A DNA stretch of 64,000 bases from the IMG/VR virus record IMGVR_UViG_3300018080_000105, positions 32,001-96,000 of that record. One strand, 5' to 3'. The DNA comes from a virus. Of the stretch, positions 1-9,043 are shown one piece after another. The notes beneath the pieces were generated by a model, which saw only the letters and a program-made list of their open reading frames with translations, ran no database searches and had not been told where the DNA came from. The stretch's first letter is position 1; every line of letters starts with the position of its first letter. A program made the position numbers and the translations under genes.

Positions 1-455
1 GACAAAGAATCCTGCAGACTCAGACTGGCATACTTGTGCCCGTCAAGCGAGTCGTTGTCGGTGCGAGCCGGGTGAGATGATCCAGGATCATCTTTGCCAC
101 CCTTGTAGTCGTCCTCTGTCCCAGGGTCTTCCCCGGTGGCCGACTGGTTCGTGCCGATGTTCAGCTGGACATCGTCCTGCTGGCCAGGCTTAGCATCGGA
201 AGCCTGATTGACTCCCGGAGCGCCCTGGTCTTTGTTGACATCGGCGGTGTGTTCGGATCCGCGAGAACCTTCCGACGCTTCCTGGCCGCGGTTGTCCACG
301 TCCTTGGTCGCGTGAGTGGTTGCTCCCTGGTATCCACCGGGATCATCCGGCGTTGGGGTTTCTGCTGCTTTCTCAGCAGCAGCTTTTTCCTGGCCGTCGA
401 TCGGCTGAACGAGTTTGTTCAGAGAATCAAACAGGCTTTGGGTCTGTGTACTCAT
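1..455 (-). CDS. Scaffold-like acidic protein, 3'-truncated by the window edge (MSTQTQSLFDSLNKLVQPIDGQEKAAAEKAAETP...GHKYASLSLQD...)
   Basis: Not in the ORF track; translated manually. ATG at 455 with AAAGGAG SD, open to position 1. Directly downstream of the head protease; low-complexity acidic sequence with KAA, KAA and KYA motifs. Confidence 0.55.
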   Translation of the reverse strand, partial: MSTQTQSLFDSLNKLVQPIDGQEKAAAEKAAETPTPDDPGGYQGATTHATKDVDNRGQEASEGSRGSEHTADVNKDQGAPGVNQASDAKPGQQDDVQLNIGTNQSATGEDPGTEDDYKGGKDDPGSSHPARTDNDSLDGHKYASLSLQDSL

Positions 456-499
456 GAGTCTGTCAACTCCTTTTGACGCTGGAGCCTCCTGGCAAAGTC

Positions 500-2008
500 T
501 TAGGCTGCGTAATTCTGCAGCAAGACCAGATCGGCTGTCAACGCTAAATCGGGTTTATGGGTAGGTTGTGCCCCGAGAAAACTCAGTTGGTACAGGGCAT
601 ATTCTTCGGCCAGCTTACTCACATCACTGTTATCGGAAGCAACCTTCTCGTTCCCACTACGAAGAACAGGAGCTTCTTCCAGGTACAGTGCTGCTCGCGT
701 CACTCGATCCTGCACGTGTGCCGGATGTAGTGAGAAGTGGCTGGCCAGCTTGGCTGCCCACGTCTCGAACCGGGGCGGTGCGACGGCAACTGACGGTGCG
801 TAGTGACTTTTCTTCACTCGCGCCGGCAGATCTCCCTTCTCCAACATCCGTGTAAAGATCCCCGGGAGTTCCCGGGAAACCAACGCTGACACGGTCGCCG
901 CTTTCTCGTGAGAGATATCGGTCGTGGCAGCGAGGAACGCGGACACTGGAAGGCAGATCTGCTGATCTGCCATTGCGCGCAGAGCGTACGCAAACTTATA
1001 GCGGAACTGTGGAGGCAGTTCCAAGTCAGCGTCCTGCACAGAGTCCCGAAACGCTAAGGCAGAAGTCGCCGACAGCGTATTCGGATCCTCGTGTATCTGG
1101 CTTTCTCGGGCGGCCAACAGGTAGGCCGTTTTGATCAGATGCTCGACTTCTTTGGGATAATCACCCTGCAGCATCATTTCGATTGGTTCCACAATGCCCA
1201 TCTGATGGGCCAGCTCGGCGCTCTTAATCACACGCCCATGAACGGCGGCGGATTTCTCCAGAGCGCCCATCACATAAGCGATGCGGTCAGCCGGCCGGTA
1301 GACGTTGCTGATATCGAAGAAGCTGGGTTGTGGGTTGTCAGCGTGCAGATGGTGGATACCGCCATCAATCTCGATCAGCGACCCAATGTTGTCGCGAAGC
1401 CCACCAGCTTTGCACATACCACCCTGGTAGGTCCCGGAACAATAATCAGCAGTAGTAGGAGCCACGTTCGCACAATACGAACAAACGTCGTGCGGAACGG
1501 AGCAGGCCATTGAGACAGCGATCTCTTTGTTCGCTGCCAGCTTTTCCATCTCACGATCAGCAATCAGCCCGCCGTTACGCCGGGCCGCGGCCTCGTTAGC
1601 GTTGAGAGCGACCAGCAGTTCGATCCGCTTCATGGGATCATGCCATGCAGATTTAACCACACGGCCGTAGCTCTTCTTGGGATCTTTGTTCTGATGGTTG
1701 CGATAGAAGCGAGCGAACTTCTCAAAGGTCGGGTGGTACTCGCGACAAACAGAAGCACGGAACCCATCACCGTTACGGTTCGGCCCGTAGAACTCCGTGG
1801 CGCCCATTGCCAACATGTGGACGAGCACCTCGTCGGACGCCACCTTCTCGCGGATACGATCAATGTCCCGGAGCAGGTCGTCAGAAGCGCGCTTCACGAA
1901 CGCATCACGGTCGCTGCCCGTTAGGCCGCGACCTGTGAGTTTGACTTCGCTTACCACGGGCTCGTCGTAATTGAGCGAGTCCGGAGTGACAACTTTGACG
2001 ATGCTCAT
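500..2008 (-). CDS. Prohead/maturation protease (assemblin/HK97-like serine protease) with Cys-rich insert and long helical C-terminal region
   Basis: NHQNKDP..GRVVKS (His), VSMACSV (Ser) and FFDISNVYRPAD match the caudoviral prohead protease pattern H...S...(E/D)xSxVxxPA. CSYC..C..C cluster follows the Ser. Confidence 0.7.
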   Translation of the reverse strand: MSIVKVVTPDSLNYDEPVVSEVKLTGRGLTGSDRDAFVKRASDDLLRDIDRIREKVASDEVLVHMLAMGATEFYGPNRNGDGFRASVCREYHPTFEKFARFYRNHQNKDPKKSYGRVVKSAWHDPMKRIELLVALNANEAAARRNGGLIADREMEKLAANKEIAVSMACSVPHDVCSYCANVAPTTADYCSGTYQGGMCKAGGLRDNIGSLIEIDGGIHHLHADNPQPSFFDISNVYRPADRIAYVMGALEKSAAVHGRVIKSAELAHQMGIVEPIEMMLQGDYPKEVEHLIKTAYLLAARESQIHEDPNTLSATSALAFRDSVQDADLELPPQFRYKFAYALRAMADQQICLPVSAFLAATTDISHEKAATVSALVSRELPGIFTRMLEKGDLPARVKKSHYAPSVAVAPPRFETWAAKLASHFSLHPAHVQDRVTRAALYLEEAPVLRSGNEKVASDNSDVSKLAEEYALYQLSFLGAQPTHKPDLALTADLVLLQNYAA

Positions 2009-2019
2009 AGTTTCCCTCG

Positions 2020-3030
2020 CTAGTTCACGCCACTGCTGAGAGCCGTACCAGCGTTCCGGTAGGCGTTCGTCAGGTCGCGGCCAAACATATAGTTGCCGAG
2101 CAGGCCGACGCCTGCGCCCATAAGTCCGCCGCCAATTTTCCCGCCTATGCCGCCAAGTCGCGGGGTGTATCTACCCACACCTGTACGAGGCGCCAAATGT
2201 CCTGGCATCGCAGACGTACCAGCTCGCAATCGTTCCGCAACAATAGAATTCGGGCGTACGCGTTGCCGCAATGCCTTCCGCTCTGCTTGTGATTGTGAAC
2301 TGTAGCGGTCAAGGTCGCGCTGTGCCCTGTTCGGCAGCGCCGCTCGACGCTTTTGCTGTTGATCCCGAATATACTCTTGCTGAGCAAGCATGGTTTTCTG
2401 GTCACGCAAATTTTGCACGTTGCGAGCTTCTGCCGGATCCGGTTTATTGCCGAACAACTCTTCAACATTGTACTTGCCAACTGCCTGCCGAACTTTACGC
2501 GTATCATGCACGCGGTCAGCTACGTGCCCAGCCGCTGCGCCCGCCGCACCACCTGCCGCGGGCATCCCCCAATCAGTTGCCATCGCCAAATTACTTTCAG
2601 CAGTCGGCGACAATCCGGCCTCGTCTTGATAAGTCTCAGGCGTTATCTTATCGCCAGTACCCGCAGCGTCGAATCGACGCTGCACCGATTCAGGAGTCTC
2701 GATCCCTCCGTTATTGTACTTACGAGGTTGCTCACGAACCCCGGGAGCCTGTCGCTGATCCCACCAGTTCTTGCCAGCAGCACCAGACGCGCCAACGCCC
2801 GCACCCAGCAGCGAACCCAGGATCGCATTACGGAGCCATCGCTTTTTCTTACGCTTGCTCAGCGCACTTGCCAAGAGCCCGGTGCCAAGGCCGACACCGC
2901 CACCAATCAACGCAGAGCGACCCACATCGACCGCCTGCTTCTCATGGCCCACACTAAGCACAGCCTGGATTGCCACGAGACGTGACGCGTCATCAAGCGT
3001 CAGTATATTGGGGTCAAATGATTGAGGCAT
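2020..3030 (-). CDS. Putative virion/ejection protein with Gly-zipper hydrophobic segments and K-x-A motif
   Basis: Start reassigned to ATG 3030 (MPQSFD, AAGGAAG SD). EKQA then ALIGGGVGLGTGLL, AILGSLLGAGVG and IGGGLMGAGVGLL. Confidence 0.6.
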   Translation of the reverse strand: MPQSFDPNILTLDDASRLVAIQAVLSVGHEKQAVDVGRSALIGGGVGLGTGLLASALSKRKKKRWLRNAILGSLLGAGVGASGAAGKNWWDQRQAPGVREQPRKYNNGGIETPESVQRRFDAAGTGDKITPETYQDEAGLSPTAESNLAMATDWGMPAAGGAAGAAAGHVADRVHDTRKVRQAVGKYNVEELFGNKPDPAEARNVQNLRDQKTMLAQQEYIRDQQQKRRAALPNRAQRDLDRYSSQSQAERKALRQRVRPNSIVAERLRAGTSAMPGHLAPRTGVGRYTPRLGGIGGKIGGGLMGAGVGLLGNYMFGRDLTNAYRNAGTALSSGVN

Positions 3031-4402
3031 GTTGACTTCCTTGTGAGAGTGCTGCCTGATCACGAAGTTTCTTGTCGGCGTCAAGGATCTGATCCTGCTC
3101 GAATGTGTCGAGAGCGCCCTGCTGGAGCTTCTTCCGCAGAAGACTCTGTACCAGCATCCGCTGCCCGGCAATGTTCGGCGACAACTGCACCAGATCGTTG
3201 TATGCGTCGGTCACTTCCGGGGCATCGTAGCCAGAAATAACCTCGTCGTTCAACATGAGGTCCTGCAGAGTGGCTTGCGAATTGATTGCCCGCATCTGCG
3301 CCTCGTGCTCAGGATCGTGCAAACTAGCCAATGCCCCGCTCACCCGTTCATCTTCCGACGGCCCGCCCAGCTTCCCGAGACCTTCCGCAAGGTTAGTCGC
3401 GGCAGAGGCTCCGATCAGCGTCGTAAAGGGGTCCATCGACTGCTTTTCCCGCTCGTCAGATGATGAACCCAAGATCGAAGGGCTGACGAGGGGTTCCACG
3501 AAAGGGGCCAGGTCGTGCTCCTGATGGGCAGCCGCAGCCTTATTGGCTTCTGCCAGCTCGCCAGCAGCGATTCGGACATCTTCCGCAGCTTTCAGGACAC
3601 GGTTGACGATCGTGAATGGCGCCTCAGTGGCGTCCAGGTCATCGACAGTTACCGGAAAGGCGTGGCGGCCGGGACTCAGCACAGAGTGACCCAAGTGGTG
3701 GTCTGACAGCTTGGTCAGCCCCGGGTTGACGCTGATCAGCTCGTCCATGACCCGCTTGCCTTTGTTGCCGTGCATCAGCACAACTGCTTCCTTCACAACC
3801 GGAATCGGGTGAGCACCCGGCCGGCGGAAGTAGTCAGTCAGATCGTTGAACGCACTACCCAGTTCATCGAACGCACTGGCATGCTTGCGGCGAGCATCGT
3901 CACAAGCCCACTGCAGCCGCCGCTGTTCGTTGAGTACCGGTCGGAATTCGTTCTTCTCAGATGGCAGGTCTTCCGCCTTCTTGATCAGCATGTCACGAAG
4001 TTGCGACCACTCAGGCAATGATGCCTTCTTCATCAAGCGATGCCGCCGTTGCAGCATAGCTCGCGGACTATAGTTGTACTCCGAGGAGACCACCGTATCG
4101 ATCACAGAGGCTGAGGCCTCTTTGGTCTGTGGCGGGTACAGCGTGTGCTTGACCACTTGCAGGTCTGCCAGCGGGAACTCCGCGCGCTTCTGCAACAAGT
4201 CTTCATTGCTTTTCCGCTGGTGAGTCGTCTGGCCGACGTTGTACGCGTGCACAACCAGGTCGAGTTCTCCCGGGCGCAACTGCATCTCGCGAGCAACCTT
4301 GACGATTGCTTTGTTCGGATCTTCTCCGGCAAGCACGGCATCGGTGGTATGCGAAATCGCATCCATCATGCGTCGCTCTGTTTCCGGTGCGATCTTTTTC
4401 AT
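3014..4402 (-). CDS. K-x-A-rich helical virion-associated protein, function unknown
   Basis: 462 aa ORF in the head module; about 10 of 26 Lys are in K-x-A (manual count). Confidence 0.65.
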   Translation of the reverse strand: MKKIAPETERRMMDAISHTTDAVLAGEDPNKAIVKVAREMQLRPGELDLVVHAYNVGQTTHQRKSNEDLLQKRAEFPLADLQVVKHTLYPPQTKEASASVIDTVVSSEYNYSPRAMLQRRHRLMKKASLPEWSQLRDMLIKKAEDLPSEKNEFRPVLNEQRRLQWACDDARRKHASAFDELGSAFNDLTDYFRRPGAHPIPVVKEAVVLMHGNKGKRVMDELISVNPGLTKLSDHHLGHSVLSPGRHAFPVTVDDLDATEAPFTIVNRVLKAAEDVRIAAGELAEANKAAAAHQEHDLAPFVEPLVSPSILGSSSDEREKQSMDPFTTLIGASAATNLAEGLGKLGGPSEDERVSGALASLHDPEHEAQMRAINSQATLQDLMLNDEVISGYDAPEVTDAYNDLVQLSPNIAGQRMLVQSLLRKKLQQGALDTFEQDQILDADKKLRDQAALSQGSQHASII

Positions 4403-4404
4403 GG

Positions 4405-5367
4405 TTACGCCTCCAGAATCTGGGTCGATTCAGTTTGTGGGAACTCCAACCGTCGTAATACCTCGGGCCGGATGATGTCCTTTCCAACGGACACACGCAT
4501 GGTTTCTTCGTACGTCAGTTCAGCTGCTGTAGTATTGAACTCGTGAGTCACGCTGAACAACTCTTCCTTCTTCCGTCCAATACTGAACGGCAACGTCGTC
4601 ATCATCGCATGGATGTGATCGAGTACCTGTTCCTGTGCTTTACCCGCACTGTCTGTGTTTCGTTCGACTTCAACAAACTTCGTGAACTGTTCCATCAACG
4701 CCAGTTGTGTACCCTGGTTGACGCTGACAGTTTTGGCTGCCAACGCTGCTTTCAGCTTCAGCGTACTGACCGCGTCGTCCAAAACACTGGCACCTACGGC
4801 ATCTGGTGTGCCACACCATACAGGATTTGCGAACTTACTCTCCAGAGCGTCTACGATGTAAGGCCCCAGAAAATATCCATACAGCTTCCAAAGCAGGTCG
4901 TGTTCTCGTTCTGACAAGCCCCGGTGAATCGCTGGCCCCATGACACAGTTCAGAATGTACGAGCGATGTTCCAGCTTCTCTTTGACGTTGAAAAACAAGG
5001 CTTCGTAAGCCGTGATCACCGCCGGGTCCATGTCGCAGCGGAACGCGATAGAGAAATCATCGGTCCGAGCCAGAAGGTGGGCTTCGATCAGGTGCTTCTG
5101 AACATTGGTCGCGGAACTCCAGGCAGTGTGCGCCCAGAAGATGTGAGGTCGTTTAGTAGCCAGGCGGGCCAGTGCGGCTTCGTCCTCAGACGCTCTCTGG
5201 TAGGCACGCAAAAACGATACGGCTTTATTGATCCACTTAAAGCCTTTGAGCCCGTCGCGCTTTCGAGAAGCACGCGGGCCGTCGCGATCGACAATCTCTA
5301 CCGCCCGTTGCCACATCCAGTCGGCGGGGCGGAAGGGATTGCTTGCCATAATGTGGAGAGCGGGCAT
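4405..5367 (-). CDS. Hypothetical phage protein (helical)
   Basis: 320 aa ORF abutting both neighbours; no recognised motif. Confidence 0.7.
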   Translation of the reverse strand: MPALHIMASNPFRPADWMWQRAVEIVDRDGPRASRKRDGLKGFKWINKAVSFLRAYQRASEDEAALARLATKRPHIFWAHTAWSSATNVQKHLIEAHLLARTDDFSIAFRCDMDPAVITAYEALFFNVKEKLEHRSYILNCVMGPAIHRGLSEREHDLLWKLYGYFLGPYIVDALESKFANPVWCGTPDAVGASVLDDAVSTLKLKAALAAKTVSVNQGTQLALMEQFTKFVEVERNTDSAGKAQEQVLDHIHAMMTTLPFSIGRKKEELFSVTHEFNTTAAELTYEETMRVSVGKDIIRPEVLRRLEFPQTESTQILEA

Positions 5368-5371
5368 GTGA

Positions 5372-5794
5372 TTATCCGTTCAATGCCGACGGTTCAATCA
5401 ACAGGCTGAGGCCGTAGGTTTCCGTCCCAGAACCTCCACTGTTGATACGCATCCACAGCCGCCGTACAGGGTTTGTCGGCGTGCCGTCTCTATTGATGTA
5501 AGGGTAGTCTACCGCCGCCCGGTACGCCCCGCTCGTAATGGACACTTGTCCATTCGTAATCGAGTGCGCTTCCGGGTCACCGCCTTCCGTGGCAGAATCG
5601 GCAGACGAGCCAGCTGTCGCCATCGCCGCTACTTCGGAATCATAGATCTCGAAGTTGCCGGCGTCGGTGCCAGAGAGCTGTTTCAAATTGATCTGTTTGA
5701 TCGTCCCACGATGCGGCACATCAAGTCGCACGATCTCTTCCTGTCCAGCCTCGACAGAAAACTGAACAGGGCCATAACCCCATTGGTTACTCAT
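5372..5794 (-). CDS. Hypothetical beta-rich protein (possible virion decoration)
   Basis: Start reassigned to ATG 5794 (MSNQWGY), overlapping the HNH stop; alternating hydrophobic strands. Confidence 0.6.
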   Translation of the reverse strand: MSNQWGYGPVQFSVEAGQEEIVRLDVPHRGTIKQINLKQLSGTDAGNFEIYDSEVAAMATAGSSADSATEGGDPEAHSITNGQVSITSGAYRAAVDYPYINRDGTPTNPVRRLWMRINSGGSGTETYGLSLLIEPSALNG

Positions 5795-6518
5795 GGTCGG
5801 TTCCCCAAAAGATGTTGAATTCGTCAGCGGCCTGCGCGATCTTGATAGCCATCTCAGGCGGGAGTTCAGAAAGGTCTTTGGCGCCCTTCTGCGAGTTGCA
5901 GACACGGCACAATGTAACAGCGTTGCCTGGTCGAAGGCCGTGCCCCTTGGACAACGGCTTTACGTGGTCAGTACACAGACTACGCTGACTGTTACAGTTC
6001 ACGCAGGCCGGCTGCGACTCCCGGAGAGCCTGCTCCATTTCAAGAGTCCACGCGGCATCCAACTGCTGTTTCCTTTCCATCCTCTCGCGGACTTTCATAC
6101 GAGCATACGCAGGCGTCCTTGACTGTCCGTGCGTGCTATTAACCGCACTAGCCCGGCTCCGCTGATAGCACCCGCAGGACTGTGTGTGCCCGTTGCGGAG
6201 CTTGGCAGCCATCACGGCAATCTCACGACCACAGTCACAAAGACATGGCCAGAAATTATTTCCAGGAGCAGGCCGGCGAAGAATCATCAGCCGACCGTAA
6301 CGAGCACCTACTACGAGACGCGATGGCAAGTTGTCCAAGTGCTCTCTCAGAACACAACCACAAGACGTGATCTTGCCCTGCTGGAGGTCCCCAGACCTGA
6401 TCGACTTCTCATTACCGCAGGTACAAACGCATAACCAATACACGCCCTTCCGCGAGGTGTCTCGCTGAAGGACGGTCAGCCGTCCATATCTTCGTCCTGT
6501 GCGGTCAATGAGTTTCAT
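5787..6518 (-). CDS. Free-standing HNH homing endonuclease with two N-terminal CxCG...SCGC repeats
   Basis: GRRYGRLTV..WLCVCTCG..SCGC twice; C-terminal CVNC..TDHVKPLSKG..NAVTLCRVCNSQKG HNH motif. Confidence 0.85.
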   Translation of the reverse strand: MKLIDRTGRRYGRLTVLQRDTSRKGVYWLCVCTCGNEKSIRSGDLQQGKITSCGCVLREHLDNLPSRLVVGARYGRLMILRRPAPGNNFWPCLCDCGREIAVMAAKLRNGHTQSCGCYQRSRASAVNSTHGQSRTPAYARMKVRERMERKQQLDAAWTLEMEQALRESQPACVNCNSQRSLCTDHVKPLSKGHGLRPGNAVTLCRVCNSQKGAKDLSELPPEMAIKIAQAADEFNIFWGTDHE

Positions 6519-8974
6519 CAGTTTGCAACATCCCGAAGACTAAGGTCAGAACTGTCTTCTTCTGGGTACGGTTCAATTGTCTTTTGCTTTAAGAAGAGCA
6601 CGATATCGCCAGTCGACTCGAACGCGTTCCGCAATGAGTCTTCCAGTTCGGGCATATCCTGCTTGCCGTACCTATCGGCAAACTGCTCCTGGTGCCAGTA
6701 GAACTGGAACAGGATACGCCCTAATCGATCAACCGACCGGATGATATCAGGAATGTACCGATCAATCATCGTATCGTCTCGCACAGCTTTCAGCATGGAG
6801 CCGATCATCGCTGTGTCGAAGACTTCCTTCTGACCGGAAGCAGCTGCGTCTGCTACAGCTGCGTGATCCATCGGTCCCGGTGTGGCGCCAGGGCGTACAT
6901 CATAAACCGAAGGATCGGTGTTAGCTGCTGACAACGCCTCGACAGGAACCTCTTCTTCCTGCATGGCGATCGTGTTGCCCTGGAAGCCCATCGGGTTGTA
7001 GCCGCCCTGCATCGCTTCCGGGAATGATGGAGCCATCGGGGCTCCCTCGGTCAGGAAGGGATTAGCGTACTTCACGCGACAAACCATGCCGTTACCAGCA
7101 TGGCTTTTGTGCTTCGCAGTCTTCAGCAGTTCCTGAGAGGCCGGCACAGAAAGCCCGTGGTCATAAACCAGGTGGACCTGTGCATCCCGCGGAGTTAGCC
7201 GGTGACCATTGACGATGTAGCGGGTGCCCTCGTCTACGATTCGCAGCTTTGCGGTTTTCTTCATGATGTTCGCAGTGGCGTCGAACAGGTTGCCAGGCTG
7301 GATCGGCGGATCCTTGCTCGTGGTGTCGTCAGCACAGCAAGGCTCGATATGAGCCTTGTTCTTCCGACGCTCATCCCAGTTCGTCATCTGGACTTTGACA
7401 ACCTTGCAACCCTTCGGCACAAACAAGTCGCCTCGACTGGACCGCATATCGGTTCCGTCTTTGGCATCCAGATGAATCCGTTGCCCGTCAGACCATTTGC
7501 TATACCGATCATAGTTGGATGACGTATCGTAGTCTGTCCAACGACGCATACCCACTTCACGACTACGCGGGTGGTCAGTCTCGAAGTCGACTTTGTAAGA
7601 GTCATCGCCGATCGAATCTTCCACGCGGAACGTACAGGTCGCGTTGCGTCGCGGTCCAACAAGCATGTAGCGATCACCAACAGTCAGAGAGCTGGCGTCA
7701 GACTGACTATCGAGCCAGTCTTGCCAATTCTCTTCGCCGCCCATTTCTTCTTCCTGGCCGGCGGTCCAGATGTCGTGGCGGTCGAAGTTGCCCCAGCTCT
7801 TGTCCCCTTCAAGCCGCACAACCAGGCAGGTGCTTTCACGCCCATCTGGGCCGACTGGGTTGATGACTACCAGACACTTATCGAACTCGCCCGGCTTCGT
7901 CAGCACCTGATAGATGCCAGTTTCACCAGGATTGACGAGCTTTTGTTCGACCTGCAGGTTTACCGCCACAGAGATCTCATCGCCGGAGCGGTGATCTTTG
8001 ATCAGCATGCCGTCTCGCAGCAGCTTTTCCTGGTCCTCTTCGGCGAGGTCCTCGGGCGGCCCGTCCACCATACTCTGTTCGCTGGTGATGATACGGATCT
8101 TCTGACGTGCGTCCGGGCCGTCGTCATCGTCGGCCGCAGTCTTCTCGCCCAGGATGGAACCGGTGATGATTTGGTTCTTATTTACCGAAGCGTACGGGTC
8201 ATCCATCACGGAGCTGATGTTGCTCCGGTTGCGTGCCTCTGACACGGCATCGGTCAGCACATCCATCCCGTGCCAGTTAGCGAAGGCAGCTGCGATCTTG
8301 GGCTTCCGCTGCATCATTTCCACAACCGCCTGCAACGCTGGCAGGCTGGCTTGCTTCATGAAGTCACTCAGATCGAGCTTCGTTTGACAATGATCCGCAA
8401 ATTCGGAGATGCTGTCTTGCAGAGGCCGTGTCGCTAAGTGCCCAAACACTGGCATGAACGCAGCGACAGCAGACGCGTACTTGTGCGGCGACTCGCGGAG
8501 CTTCGAGAGTTCTGGCTGGCTCACGCCGATAGCCGACAGGTTACGGTCAATACCTGCGCCAATGATGTTCGGCTTACGATTGATGACGTAGTTGAGCCAG
8601 TTCTCTTTGAGCGGGACAAACATGTCCTGATTCTTCAGGTACAACAGTTCGTGGCCCTTCAGCTCACCTTGAAGAAAGAACACTGGAGCAAACAGCTGAG
8701 AGCTGCCTACCTTAAAGGCCATCACACCGACAGCCTGGGTGTTCTCTTCGTTGCGGTCGAGCAGCTGGAAGCCCAGCTCGTGATCGAGCAGGGTCGGAGC
8801 TTTATCCCGCATGTAAGCGTGAGCCAAATTGGAGAAGGCCTGCTCAAAGGGAGCGTCGGCACCATCTCCTCCCAATTCGGCTACTTTGATCGTCTGTTCC
8901 GGCGCGTGTGCGTAGTCACGGACACGGTTCATCCAGTAGTCGATTTCATGAGTCTGAGGCATGGGGCGCTCCAT
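6518..8974 (-). CDS. Large K-x-A-containing virion-module protein, function unknown
   Basis: 818 aa ORF with KVA, KYA, KQA, KIA, KTA (x3) and KYA motifs; coupled to the HNH by a TGATG overlap. Confidence 0.7.
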   Translation of the reverse strand: MERPMPQTHEIDYWMNRVRDYAHAPEQTIKVAELGGDGADAPFEQAFSNLAHAYMRDKAPTLLDHELGFQLLDRNEENTQAVGVMAFKVGSSQLFAPVFFLQGELKGHELLYLKNQDMFVPLKENWLNYVINRKPNIIGAGIDRNLSAIGVSQPELSKLRESPHKYASAVAAFMPVFGHLATRPLQDSISEFADHCQTKLDLSDFMKQASLPALQAVVEMMQRKPKIAAAFANWHGMDVLTDAVSEARNRSNISSVMDDPYASVNKNQIITGSILGEKTAADDDDGPDARQKIRIITSEQSMVDGPPEDLAEEDQEKLLRDGMLIKDHRSGDEISVAVNLQVEQKLVNPGETGIYQVLTKPGEFDKCLVVINPVGPDGRESTCLVVRLEGDKSWGNFDRHDIWTAGQEEEMGGEENWQDWLDSQSDASSLTVGDRYMLVGPRRNATCTFRVEDSIGDDSYKVDFETDHPRSREVGMRRWTDYDTSSNYDRYSKWSDGQRIHLDAKDGTDMRSSRGDLFVPKGCKVVKVQMTNWDERRKNKAHIEPCCADDTTSKDPPIQPGNLFDATANIMKKTAKLRIVDEGTRYIVNGHRLTPRDAQVHLVYDHGLSVPASQELLKTAKHKSHAGNGMVCRVKYANPFLTEGAPMAPSFPEAMQGGYNPMGFQGNTIAMQEEEVPVEALSAANTDPSVYDVRPGATPGPMDHAAVADAAASGQKEVFDTAMIGSMLKAVRDDTMIDRYIPDIIRSVDRLGRILFQFYWHQEQFADRYGKQDMPELEDSLRNAFESTGDIVLFLKQKTIEPYPEEDSSDLSLRDVAN
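8173..8186. promoter_or_regulatory. Repeated 14-mer GGTTCTTATTTACC, copy 1 (intragenic)
   Basis: Identical to 50430-50443 and to the reverse complement of 33389-33402. Confidence 0.45.
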
Positions 8975-9043
8975 CCATGGTCGCGGGATTGCGTTATCAC
9001 CGAATTATGTTAGCAGGGCGAGGTTTTTGAGACTACCTCAGCC

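Noticed and set aside
8975-9043. Sigma70-like promoter (CATAAT) upstream of the 818 aa gene
   Set aside because: No convincing -35 element; too weak to report.
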